From Myxococcota bacterium (GTDB taxonomy: Bacteria; Myxococcota_A; UBA9160; UBA6930): a stretch of DNA of 64,000 nucleotides. A program made the position numbers and the translations under genes. The stretch spans positions 896,001 to 960,000 of the forward strand of contig OZ245015.1 of the NCBI GenBank assembly GCA_965223705.1, written 5' to 3'. How positions within the stretch are numbered: position 1 is the stretch's first letter; the number at the start of each line of letters is the position of its first letter. Positions 10,081-18,916 of this stretch are shown in pieces. The notes under the pieces were generated by a model. It saw nothing but the letters and a program-made list of their open reading frames with translations. It did no database searches and had not been told where the DNA came from.

Positions 10081-11454
10081 ATGGCCATTCGTAAGACCCT
10101 TCTGGGATTCGTCGTCGCGGCGTTCGCGATTGCGGGTCCGGCGCAGGCGGTCGGCCCGGACGTCACACTGAACTGGTTGAAAGAAAACCAGAACGCGACG
10201 CCTGCCTTCAAGCCTGGCGATGTGATCACGTTTGACAACGCCGATGTGCTCCGGCCCTTCGTGCCGCCTTCCTACCAAGGCATCATGATCCATCCGGACA
10301 TGAACATTGAGATTACTGAAACGTCAGACTTGTCTCCCGCGGACGTCTACAAGCAGGCGACGCTCCAGCACCAGGGTCAAGTGAAGCTGGCAGACGACGG
10401 TGCCATCGAGAACTACGTGGCTGGTCTTCCCTTCGATCCGGCGAAGTTCAAGCCCGAATCGAAGCCGCTCGAAAACGGCGACGGGTTCCGCGCGATCTGG
10501 AACTTCAACTTCCGCTGGCAGTCCCAGGGTCTGACCCTCCAGCGCTTCTACGGTACCTGGATCCGCGAAGGCGGTGAGCACGACGTAACGGGCCAGATCG
10601 AAAGTGGCTACGACGACATGCTCATGGGTGGCGGCGAGGTTCCGCGCATTCTGTGGGGCAACTACACCCGCGCGTACTTCAACTTCCGCTCCGACCTGCC
10701 GGACCAGGGTTACCGCATGAAGGGTGGCTGGGCCGACGGCACCGAGTTCCGCGAGCTCACGGCGTTTGACGAGCCCTTCGACATTCGGGGCACGGCGTTC
10801 CTGATCCTTCGCTACACGGACCCGCGCCGCGCCGACGACTCCTGGGCGTACATCCCGAACCTGCGCCGCGTGCGCCGTATTTCGGTCGAGGTGAAGTCGG
10901 ACTCGCTGCTCGGTACGGACCACACGATCGAGGACTTCTACGGCTTTGCCGGTCGCGTCCTCGAGCACGAGTGGCGCTACGTCGGCCGCGCGAAGATCCT
11001 CTGGATCCCGCGTTCGAAGTACCCCTACGCGAAGTTCCACGGTCCCAACGGTTGGGCGCAGCACGACCGCTGGGAGCTCCGCGACACCTACATCATCGAG
11101 CAGCTCCCGACCTTCCAGCCCGAGCACCCCTACATCCGCAAGTACATCTTCGTGGATGAGAACATGGGTGACTGCGCGTTCGCCGAGTCCTACGACCGCG
11201 GTGACGAGCTCTGGAAGGTGTGGCAGCTCTCGAAGATCTGGAGTGAGGACGACAACTTCTACCAGCAGCACCTGGGCACTCCCTCGGACGCTCACCGAGG
11301 CCTCCGGGTGGCGGCGTTCCAGTCGATCAACGTGATCGATCTGCAGAACGGCCGCGGTACGTTGTTCCCCTGCCAGGGCCACAACTACGTGCCGTACTCG
11401 CTGTCGAAGCTGAAGAAGGTCCTCGACGTGAACTACCTGTCTGAGGGTCGCTAG
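10081..11454 (+). CDS. DUF1329 family exported protein
   Basis: Signal peptide; WAYIPNLRRVRR and YDRGDELWK motifs; strongly biased codon usage. Confidence 0.85.
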   Translation: MAIRKTLLGFVVAAFAIAGPAQAVGPDVTLNWLKENQNATPAFKPGDVITFDNADVLRPFVPPSYQGIMIHPDMNIEITETSDLSPADVYKQATLQHQGQVKLADDGAIENYVAGLPFDPAKFKPESKPLENGDGFRAIWNFNFRWQSQGLTLQRFYGTWIREGGEHDVTGQIESGYDDMLMGGGEVPRILWGNYTRAYFNFRSDLPDQGYRMKGGWADGTEFRELTAFDEPFDIRGTAFLILRYTDPRRADDSWAYIPNLRRVRRISVEVKSDSLLGTDHTIEDFYGFAGRVLEHEWRYVGRAKILWIPRSKYPYAKFHGPNGWAQHDRWELRDTYIIEQLPTFQPEHPYIRKYIFVDENMGDCAFAESYDRGDELWKVWQLSKIWSEDDNFYQQHLGTPSDAHRGLRVAAFQSINVIDLQNGRGTLFPCQGHNYVPYSLSKLKKVLDVNYLSEGR

Positions 11455-11479
11455 ACCGAACCGGCCTAGCTCGGAATCT

Positions 11480-11516
11480 GGGGCGCCCGACTTCGGTCGG
11501 GCGCCCCTTTTCTTTT
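11480..11516 (+). terminator. Rho-independent terminator
   Basis: 12-bp stem GGGGCGCCCGAC/GTCGGGCGCCCC, TTCG loop, TTTTCTTTT tail. Confidence 0.92.
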
Positions 11517-11534
11517 GCTGCCCCCTCTTCAGTA

Positions 11535-11900
11535 CGGACGGGTCTCTGGCGAATCCCGCCGCTCCATGGTGGAGGCGTCAGGCCGCGGTTCCACCGGCGG
11601 GGATTCCTCCGCTCCATGGCTCGGCCGCAAAGGTACGCCTCGATCCGCGAGTGGCACCGAGAAGTGCCGGGATGGGTGCGGCCTGCGCTTTACTTCCGCT
11701 GCGGAATCCCCGCCGGCGAAACCGCGGACTCACACGAGAAGCTCGCGCCTACGCATACAGCGAATGACATCTCGCGCACATCCTCAATGCGAGGGTCTCC
11801 GGCGAATCCCGGAGCGGAAGTAAAGCGCAGCCGCACAACCCCACGCAGGCCCCGAACTCACAGGCGAGCCATGGAGCGCAGGGATTCGCCGGAGACCCGG
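11535..11900 (+). repeat. ~370-bp modular palindromic element, copy 1 (REP/BIME- or MITE-like)
   Basis: Imperfect terminal inverted repeats and five internal modules; colinear with the reverse complement of 12911-13281. Confidence 0.88.
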
Positions 11901-11902
11901 CT

Positions 11903-12874
11903 TTAAGCGGCGCCCCTTCGGTGGGGCTCGTCGAAGTCGACGTCCGGACCGAGTGGAACGATTCCGTGCGGGTTTCGCTCGCGACTCGGGCTGTAGTAGC
12001 CGCGCTTGAAGGTTTCGAAATCGACGGTCTCCGCGACTCCCGGTACTTGGTAGAGCTCGCGCGCGTAGGGCCAGAGATACGTGTAGTCCGACAGACGCTG
12101 CAGATTGCAACGGAACGCTCCCACGTAGGCGACGTCGAAGCGCGCCAGCGTCGGGAAGAGGCGCCAATCGGCTTCGGTCATGGTGTCGCCGACGAGATAG
12201 CGGGAACTGACGAGGTGTTGATCGAGTCGGTCGAGGCATGCGAATAGGCCCTCGACCGCTTCTTCATACGCACTCTGGCTCGAGGCAAAGCCGGACCGGT
12301 AGACGCCGTTGTTGACTTCGCGATAGATCTCTTCGTTCCATTGATCGATCCGGGCGCGCAAAGGCTCGGGGTAGAAGTCGGGCGCAGCTGGAGCGAGATC
12401 GCAGAACGCGTCGTTCAGCATCCGAACGATGTCGGCCGATTCGTTGTTCACGATGCGCGAGGTCTCGCGATCCCAAAGCACGGGGACCGTCACCCGCCCG
12501 CTAAACGTCGGCTCGCTTCGCGTGTAGACCTCGTGAAGCGCTTCGCAACCGTGCAGCGGGTCATCGTGGCCGCCCGAGGGATCGAAGATCCAGCCGTCGG
12601 CGCTGCGCCGGGGCGCGACGTACGAGATGCTGATCAGGTCTTCGAGCCCCTTCAGTTTGCGAAAGATGGCCGTGCGATGAGCCCACGGGCACGTCATGGC
12701 GACGTAGAGGTGGTAGCGACCCGCTTCCGCGCGGAAGCCGCCGCGACCTGTGGCGCCAGCCGCACCGTCGCGCGTGATCCAGTTGCGCAGCGTGCTGTCC
12801 GGTCGTCGGAACCGACCGTCACTTGCTTGCGGTGGATCGTTTTCATGCCAGATGCCGTCGACGAGTCGTCCCAT
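11903..12874 (-). CDS. yqjG: Glutathionyl-hydroquinone reductase (YqjG-like glutathione S-transferase)
   Basis: MGRLVDGIWH start, CPWAHR, RVTVPVLWD, NNESADI and VNNGVYRSGFA motifs. Confidence 0.92.
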   Translation of the reverse strand: MGRLVDGIWHENDPPQASDGRFRRPDSTLRNWITRDGAAGATGRGGFRAEAGRYHLYVAMTCPWAHRTAIFRKLKGLEDLISISYVAPRRSADGWIFDPSGGHDDPLHGCEALHEVYTRSEPTFSGRVTVPVLWDRETSRIVNNESADIVRMLNDAFCDLAPAAPDFYPEPLRARIDQWNEEIYREVNNGVYRSGFASSQSAYEEAVEGLFACLDRLDQHLVSSRYLVGDTMTEADWRLFPTLARFDVAYVGAFRCNLQRLSDYTYLWPYARELYQVPGVAETVDFETFKRGYYSPSRERNPHGIVPLGPDVDFDEPHRRGAA

Positions 12875-12910
12875 GCACGGAACGCTAGCGCGTTCGTATC
12901 CTCGCCTCGT

Positions 12911-13281
12911 CGGACGGGCCTCCGCCGAATCCCTCCGCTCCATGGCTCGCCTGCGAGTTTTCGGAGCATGCAAGGATTGAGCACGGCTGCGCTTTACTTC
13001 CGCTCCGGGATCCGCCGGAGCCCCTCGACCGAGGAAGCGCGCAGAACGATCGACGCCTCGCGGTAGGTCGCAGCTTTTCGCATCATTCCGCGGTTCCGCC
13101 GGCGGGGATTCCGCAGCGGAAGTAAAGCGCAGGCCGCACCCATCGCGGCACGCCCGGGTGTTACTCGCGGACCGGGACGTACCTTTTGCGGCCGAGCCAT
13201 GGAGCGGAGGAATCCCCGCCGGCGGAACCGCGGCCTGTAGCCCCATCCTTGGAGCGGAGGGATTCGCCGGGGCCCCGTCCG
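12911..13281 (-). repeat. ~370-bp modular palindromic element, copy 2 (inverted)
   Basis: Same five modules in the same order on the minus strand; ends CGGACGGG...CCCGTCCG are inverted repeats. Confidence 0.88.
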
Positions 13282-13287
13282 CGCCGG

Positions 13288-13773
13288 CTAGCGAACGAGC
13301 CCGAGCCGCTCGTGCCACTCCGCGATCGATTCCTCCGGGTACTCATCGAAGCGGCGATCGCCGCGGGCGAAGCGAGGCTCTACCCACGATGCTTTCGAGC
13401 CCAGCATCAAGTGCGTTCGTTCCGGTGGGACGGGTAGGGGCGTGTCGATTGCCGACGCGATCGGGTGAATCAACTCAGGCCAGCGTGGGTCGAAGAGCCA
13501 CAAAGGGCTTCCGCACTGGCCGCAGAAGCGACGGCCCGCTGGGCTCTCGACGATTTCGCCAGAGGCGTTCGTCATCTTCGCGTGGTAGACGCGAATCGCT
13601 TCTTCACCCGAAACGCGGAGGCTCTCGGCGCGAGCGCCGAGGTTGATCGCAAACCCGCCGCCCCCCGATGTCTTCCGGCAAATTCCACAGTAACAGACGT
13701 TGAATGGGTAGGGATGCGGCGAGTCGACGCTGAATTGAACCGCACCGCAGTGACACGACCCGTCGAGTTGCAC
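13288..13773 (-). CDS. GFA (glutathione-dependent formaldehyde-activating) family Zn protein
   Basis: GSCHCGAV, CYCGICRK and FCGQCGSPLW motifs. Confidence 0.9.
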   Translation of the reverse strand: MQLDGSCHCGAVQFSVDSPHPYPFNVCYCGICRKTSGGGGFAINLGARAESLRVSGEEAIRVYHAKMTNASGEIVESPAGRRFCGQCGSPLWLFDPRWPELIHPIASAIDTPLPVPPERTHLMLGSKASWVEPRFARGDRRFDEYPEESIAEWHERLGLVR

Positions 13774-13776
13774 GCC

Positions 13777-14874
13777 CTAGTTTTCCTTCGCGGTTTCCAT
13801 CTCCGCGAGCTTGGCCCATTTGACGGCCGGAGGCTCGTCTCCCGCGTCGAATGCGATCGCGACTTGCTCGTCGTTCTCCGACAACTCCGCCGCGTCGACG
13901 TCGGCGAAGCCCATGATGCCCATTTCTTCGTAAGCCTTTCGGATTCGCGGGCCCCACAGACCGATGTCTTTGATCGTCGGAACGATGCGGCTGAAGAGCG
14001 CACTGCGGAAGACTTTCATCGATTCCGAGTGCTCTACCCATTCCGAACATTCTTCTACCGGGAGACCCAACACCTCCCACACTTCGCGTGCCTGGAATCG
14101 GTCGCGCATGTGGTAACACGCCTCGACGGCGAACTCTTCGCGTTCGTCGCGTTCCTTGTCGGAGAGCTCGGGGTAGTAGTCGCGTAGCGCCAGTCGTCCG
14201 AACGCGACGTGGCGCGCTTCGTCCTGCATGACGTACGCGTTGACCTGCGAAGACAGGCTGTTCTTCGCCATGTCGCGAATTCCTTGGAACGCGGCGAGGG
14301 CGAGCCCTTCGATTAAGATCTGCATTCCCAGGTAGGTCATGTCCCAGCGCGAGTCCTCGATGACGTTCTCGAGCAACGAAAGTAGAGGAGGCGTGATGGG
14401 ATAGGCGAGTTCGAATTTTTCGTGGAGAAGACGCGAATACGTTTCGACGTGACGCGCTTCGTCGACAACCTGAGTTGCCGCGTAGTACTTCGCGTCCATG
14501 TGAGGCACTTGCTGCACAATCTTGGCCGTGCAGATCAAGGCGCCTTGTTCACCGTGGAGAAACTGGGAGTTCTGCCACGCTTGTTGATGGTGCCGGAGAC
14601 GCTGCGTCTCCTTTTTCGTCATCTTCTCCCAGATGGGCGAGCCGAACAGCGGCAACAACTCGTCGGGCATCTCCATGGGGTTTTCCGGGTCGAGGTCTTG
14701 TTTCCAGTCGATCCGGTCGTCCGCGTTCCACTGGAGCTTCTTCGCTTTCGTGTAGAGGTTCTCGAGACTCTCGCGACCGTCTTCGTATTCCCAGCGGAAG
14801 GTGGAGCGCAACGCGCAGTCGACGTCCCATCCTTCGCCGTCGGAGGGGATCGGATATCGCTCTCGGGTGCTCAT
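13777..14874 (-). CDS. Ferritin-like diiron oxygenase (AurF-like)
   Basis: HGEQGAL, DEARHVE, IEGLALA and DEARHVAFG diiron ligand pattern. Confidence 0.85.
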   Translation of the reverse strand: MSTRERYPIPSDGEGWDVDCALRSTFRWEYEDGRESLENLYTKAKKLQWNADDRIDWKQDLDPENPMEMPDELLPLFGSPIWEKMTKKETQRLRHHQQAWQNSQFLHGEQGALICTAKIVQQVPHMDAKYYAATQVVDEARHVETYSRLLHEKFELAYPITPPLLSLLENVIEDSRWDMTYLGMQILIEGLALAAFQGIRDMAKNSLSSQVNAYVMQDEARHVAFGRLALRDYYPELSDKERDEREEFAVEACYHMRDRFQAREVWEVLGLPVEECSEWVEHSESMKVFRSALFSRIVPTIKDIGLWGPRIRKAYEEMGIMGFADVDAAELSENDEQVAIAFDAGDEPPAVKWAKLAEMETAKEN

Positions 14875-15467
14875 TCGGGACTACCTCGCAGGTCGGGTGC
14901 TCGCAGGAGATCCCAGACCGCTTGTTCGGAACATTCATAGGTCGCTTCGTCGAGGGCGATACGGCCCTCGGCACGCGCTTTGTGAAGGCCGACGAACGCG
15001 CCGTAGGCCATCGAAATCAGAAGGACGGGCGGGTGGTCGCGGACGATCCCCGCCTTTTGGGCCCGCACGAGAAATTCGGCGACCCAGGCCAACAGCTCGT
15101 CGGCCAGCGCCCGGCTTTCGGGGTCGAGATAACTCTCGTGGTGGTGCGTCTCGATAAAGCAAAACGCCTGCGGATTCTTCTCCGCGAACTCCCACAGCCC
15201 GCGCCACAGGCCCTGGAATTCGTCGCGTAGAGATCCGCCGGTTGTCGCGCTACCGCGCAAATGGTGAAGGAGCTCGCGTTCGCATACGCGGAACACTTCG
15301 TTGCCGAGCGCTTCCTTGCTCTCGAAGTAGCGGTAGATCGTTCCTGCCCCGACCCCAGCGCGTTCGGCGATGAGGGGCATCGGTGTTCCCGCGAACGTGC
15401 GTTCGCTCATGAGGGCGAGTGCGGCATCGAGGATTGCGCTTCGCTTGTCCAGGACGGCAGCGGCCAT
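14871..15467 (-). CDS. TetR/AcrR family transcriptional regulator
   Basis: HTH IAERAGVGAGTIYRYFESKEAL; stop overlaps the diiron gene start. Confidence 0.93.
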   Translation of the reverse strand: MAAAVLDKRSAILDAALALMSERTFAGTPMPLIAERAGVGAGTIYRYFESKEALGNEVFRVCERELLHHLRGSATTGGSLRDEFQGLWRGLWEFAEKNPQAFCFIETHHHESYLDPESRALADELLAWVAEFLVRAQKAGIVRDHPPVLLISMAYGAFVGLHKARAEGRIALDEATYECSEQAVWDLLRAPDLRGSPE

Positions 15468-15480
15468 TTCGGGGAATTTA

Positions 15481-15502
15481 GCGGAATGAATGATCATTCC
15501 GC
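15481..15502. promoter_or_regulatory. Probable TetR operator
   Basis: Perfect 9-bp inverted repeat GCGGAATGA-ATGA-TCATTCCGC, 13 bp upstream of the tetR start in a divergent intergenic region. Confidence 0.7.
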
Positions 15503-15539
15503 AACAAACTCTAGAATCCCCATCCGAAGGGGGTCGCCC

Positions 15540-16445
15540 ATTCCCAACACCTTGGTGCACCTGGCGATTCAGGGGCTCAGCGGAAAGCCGTGGCTCGCGA
15601 GCGGAGATCTGCGCTGGCTCGCCCTCGGGACGATCGTCCCGGATCTGCCCTGGATCCTCCAGAGAGCCCTCCGGACCCTCGCAGAGCCGGATCTCATCGC
15701 TTTGCGCGCCTATTGCGTCGGTCAGTCCTCCCTGCTCCTGAGTTGGGTGCTGTGCGCGGCCCTGGCGTTGTTGGCGCCCCGCCCAGGGCGGGCCTTCGGC
15801 TGGCTTGCGAGTGCTACAGCCGTCCACCTCGTCCTCGACGCGGTCCAGCACAAATGGGGGAACGCCGTCTTGTTCCTGGCACCGTTTTCGTGGGCGAGCC
15901 CGCAGTTCGGATGGTTTTGGCCCGAGAACCCGGTCGTCGCGTTGCTGTCGATTGCGGGGGTCGGGACGGCGATCCTGCTGCGGAGGGGAGATCCCCCGGG
16001 GCCACTGCGGCCTGCCGTACCGCGGCTTGCAGGAGCGTTGTTGTTGTTCGCCCTGTACGCGGTTCTGCCCTTTTCCATGATCTCGTCTGCGATCAGCTCG
16101 AACGTGCACTACCTCGACGTGTTACGCGAGCCTGGGACACGTCCCGGGCATCCCATCGCCTTCGATCGCGTCGACTACCGCGCGACACCGGGCCGCGGCG
16201 CGGAGATCCGCGCCTGGAATGGCGAGATATTTCGGGTCTCCGAGGGAGGACCGCCGAGCAGCGCCATGCTCTCCCTGAAGGGGCGCTTCGAAGCGCCGGA
16301 CGTCATCGAGATCGAGGCCTACCACCGCCACCACCCGTACGCCCGGCAAGTCGCCTCCCTCATTGGCCTGGCGCTCGTCGCGTGGATCGCGATTCCGTTT
16401 CCAGGCCGAAGCCGGCCGCGAGAAGCCCTACACTCCGCGCCATGA
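15540..16445 (+). CDS. Multi-pass membrane protein (metal-dependent hydrolase-like); probable ATT start
   Basis: PNTLVH, GTIVPDLPW and HLVLDA motifs; SD GAAGGGGG 6 nt before ATT. Confidence 0.65.
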   Translation: MPNTLVHLAIQGLSGKPWLASGDLRWLALGTIVPDLPWILQRALRTLAEPDLIALRAYCVGQSSLLLSWVLCAALALLAPRPGRAFGWLASATAVHLVLDAVQHKWGNAVLFLAPFSWASPQFGWFWPENPVVALLSIAGVGTAILLRRGDPPGPLRPAVPRLAGALLLFALYAVLPFSMISSAISSNVHYLDVLREPGTRPGHPIAFDRVDYRATPGRGAEIRAWNGEIFRVSEGGPPSSAMLSLKGRFEAPDVIEIEAYHRHHPYARQVASLIGLALVAWIAIPFPGRSRPREALHSAP

Positions 16446-16660
16446 AGATCTCGATCACTTACTGCGTTCGGTGAAACTACCTGCCCGAGGCGACCCGTGT
16501 GGCCGCCGAGATTGAGTCCGTCACCGGGACGGCGCCGGAACTGATTCCCGGCGGGAGCGGTGTGTTCGACGTCGTTCGAGACGGTGAGCGTCTGTATGCC
16601 AAGTCCGAGACCGGGCGCTTCCCGAAGCCCGGAGAGCTCGCGGAGATCATCGAAGGCTAG
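16442..16660 (+). CDS. SelW/SelT/SelH (Rdx family) selenoprotein with CxxU motif
   Basis: MKISITYCVR-UGA(16472-16474)-NYLPEA...GSGVFDV...GRFP; 72 aa; overlaps the upstream stop and abuts the downstream ATG. Confidence 0.9.
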
Positions 16661-17695
16661 ATGAAGTTCGGGCTGCTGCTGCTCCTGCAAGATCCTCCCA
16701 ACGGAGAACGGATCGCTGCGCTCTACGACGAGGTATTCGAGGCCGCCGAGGCCGCGGAGCGCGTCGGGTTCGACGGCCTCTTCGTCCCCGAACACCATCA
16801 GATGCCCGACGGCTACATGCCTCAACCGCTCACGTTCGCGGCGGCGCTGGCGGCGCGTACGACGCGCATGGAAATCGGAACGGCCATTCTCCAGCTCCCG
16901 CTCTTCCACCCGCTCCACGTCGCGGAACAAGGCGCGGTGATCGACAACGTGTGCAAGGGAAGGTTCATCCTCGGCGCGGGCCTCGGCCTGGTCGAGCAAG
17001 AGTTTGACGCTTTTGGCCTGCGGGTTTCGGACGCGGTTTCGCGTTTTGAGGAATCGGTAGCGATCCTGCGCGAGGCGTGGTCTGGAGCTTCGTTTTCCCA
17101 CGACGGCAAACACTTCGCGTTCCGCGACGTGACCGTGACGCCGCGTCCGATGCGCCCGCCGCCGGTTTGGGTCGGCGCGATGTCCGAGCCCAGCCTGGCG
17201 CGCGCGGGACGCATCGCCGACGGATGGCTTTCCGATCCCCTCCACAACTTCGAAGTCATGAAGGCGTGGGCGGATCTTTACCGCTCCGGGGCCTCTGCCG
17301 CCGGCAACCGGCGCACCGAAGTCGCAATCGTGCGCGATGCCTGGGTCGGGGAAAGCGAAGCGGAAGTCGAACGGGTCTGGTGGCCCCACGTTCGCGAGTT
17401 CCACTTGTTTTACTTGAACCTCGGCTTCTTCTCGTCGGGCCGTTTCAATTCGAAGTGGGAGCCGTGGGTCACCGAGGTGCAAGACGACGACGATTGGACC
17501 TACGAACGAGTCGCACCCGGCCGCCTGCTCGCGGGGTCGGCCTTTCAGGTGATCGAACACCTCAAACGCTACGAACGCGAAGTCGACCCCCAGTATATGA
17601 TCATGATCTTGCGGCACCCCGGCGGTCCGAGCCACGAAGAGACGCTGCGCTGCATCGACCGTTTTGGCCGCGAGGTCTTGCCGCATTTCCGGTAG
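16661..17695 (+). CDS. LLM class flavin-dependent oxidoreductase
   Basis: PEHHQ, HPLHVAE, GRFILGAGLG and VTPRP motifs. Confidence 0.9.
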   Translation: MKFGLLLLLQDPPNGERIAALYDEVFEAAEAAERVGFDGLFVPEHHQMPDGYMPQPLTFAAALAARTTRMEIGTAILQLPLFHPLHVAEQGAVIDNVCKGRFILGAGLGLVEQEFDAFGLRVSDAVSRFEESVAILREAWSGASFSHDGKHFAFRDVTVTPRPMRPPPVWVGAMSEPSLARAGRIADGWLSDPLHNFEVMKAWADLYRSGASAAGNRRTEVAIVRDAWVGESEAEVERVWWPHVREFHLFYLNLGFFSSGRFNSKWEPWVTEVQDDDDWTYERVAPGRLLAGSAFQVIEHLKRYEREVDPQYMIMILRHPGGPSHEETLRCIDRFGREVLPHFR

Positions 17696-17720
17696 AACCG
17701 AAGGCACTAAAGGAGAATCC

Positions 17721-18536
17721 ATGAAACCCTCGACACATCGAGCGAGTCGCCTTTCCCGCCTGCGCGCATGGGTTGCGCTGGTGAGCGTGTCGTTGCTGGC
17801 GAGCGCTTGCGTCGTTATCGAAGACGGGGAAGTCGGCGTTTCGAAAAGCTTCGGCTCGATCAACGACACGCCTGTTTCCGAAGGCGTCACGTACGTCTTG
17901 CCCATCGCCCGCCAGATCGAGCGTTGGAACGTCAAGCTGCAGGAGCTGAAAGAGACGGCGACAGTCCCCTCCTCAGAGGGCTTGATCGTCGGCCTCGACA
18001 CGTCGTTGCTGTTTCAGGTTCAACCCGACTCCGCGCCGATTATCCGGAAAACCGTCGGACGAGCCTACGTCGAGCGACTGGTGGTGCCTTACTTCCGCAA
18101 CGCTTTGCGAGACGTCGTCGCCGGCTATCCCGTTCGAAACATCTACTCGGAGACGGGCCGTAAGGAGATCGCCTCGCGTATCCGCGGCTTTCTCGAAGAG
18201 AACCTCGGATCGCGCGGCATCCAGGTGGTCGACGTTCTCTTGCGCGACGTCAAACTACCGGAACGTTTCCGCGAGAGTATCGAAGCGAAGCTCACCGCCG
18301 AGCAGCGTGTTCAGCAAAAGCAGTTCGAGCTCGAGCAAGCGAAGAAAGAGGCCGAGATCGAAGTCGCCCGCGCGGAAGGTGCCGCGAAAGCACAGGCGAT
18401 CATTCGAGAAACGCTCTCGGACTCCTACCTGCAATACCTGTGGATTCAGACGCTGAACGAGAATCCGAACGTCATTTACGTGGCGACCGAGGCGAACCTT
18501 CCGATCTTCAAGGGGGTCGGCGGCGGGCCGAAGTAG
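17721..18536 (+). CDS. Prohibitin/SPFH (band 7) family protein
   Basis: RBS AAGGAG; LLRDVKLP...SIEAKLTAEQ and coiled-coil AEIEVARAEG. Confidence 0.9.
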   Translation: MKPSTHRASRLSRLRAWVALVSVSLLASACVVIEDGEVGVSKSFGSINDTPVSEGVTYVLPIARQIERWNVKLQELKETATVPSSEGLIVGLDTSLLFQVQPDSAPIIRKTVGRAYVERLVVPYFRNALRDVVAGYPVRNIYSETGRKEIASRIRGFLEENLGSRGIQVVDVLLRDVKLPERFRESIEAKLTAEQRVQQKQFELEQAKKEAEIEVARAEGAAKAQAIIRETLSDSYLQYLWIQTLNENPNVIYVATEANLPIFKGVGGGPK

Positions 18537-18542
18537 CGGCGT

Positions 18543-18905
18543 CTACTCCTGGTCCATGGCGGTCCAGACTTCGTCGAGGATCCGCAAGCCGCTCACAGCA
18601 GCGGGCCAGCCCGCATAGTGTGCGATGTGAGTCAGCACCTCCTCGAGCTTTTCACGGGGAATGCCCAAGTTGCGCGCGCCGCGGAAGTGGATGCGCTGTT
18701 CCGCTTCGCGCCCGAGCGCAACGAGGACCGTGCATGTGATGAGCGAACGCTCTTCGATCGCGAGCGCGTCGCCCTGCCACACATCGCCGAACAAATGCTC
18801 GAGCGTCATCTTGCCAAACCGGTCGGGCAGCTTGCCGCCGGTCTTGTGCCCCGCGAGTAGCCTGCCGAGTGTCTTTTTGCCGAGGTCGAGTTTGCTGTCT
18901 GCCAT
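18543..18905 (-). CDS. Carboxymuconolactone decarboxylase family protein
   Basis: FGDVWQ, ERSLIT and HIAHYAGWP motifs. Confidence 0.85.
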   Translation of the reverse strand: MADSKLDLGKKTLGRLLAGHKTGGKLPDRFGKMTLEHLFGDVWQGDALAIEERSLITCTVLVALGREAEQRIHFRGARNLGIPREKLEEVLTHIAHYAGWPAAVSGLRILDEVWTAMDQE

Positions 18906-18916
18906 AGCGCTCGACC

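Noticed and set aside
11535..13281. Repeat-spacer pattern as a CRISPR array
   Set aside because: The repeats are of mixed type and orientation, spacing is irregular, and no cas genes are present
12875..13318. 148-aa N-terminal extension of the GST ORF, and similar short ORFs at 11515-11906
   Set aside because: These are translations of the non-coding repeat element; the GST family N-terminus begins at ATG 12874
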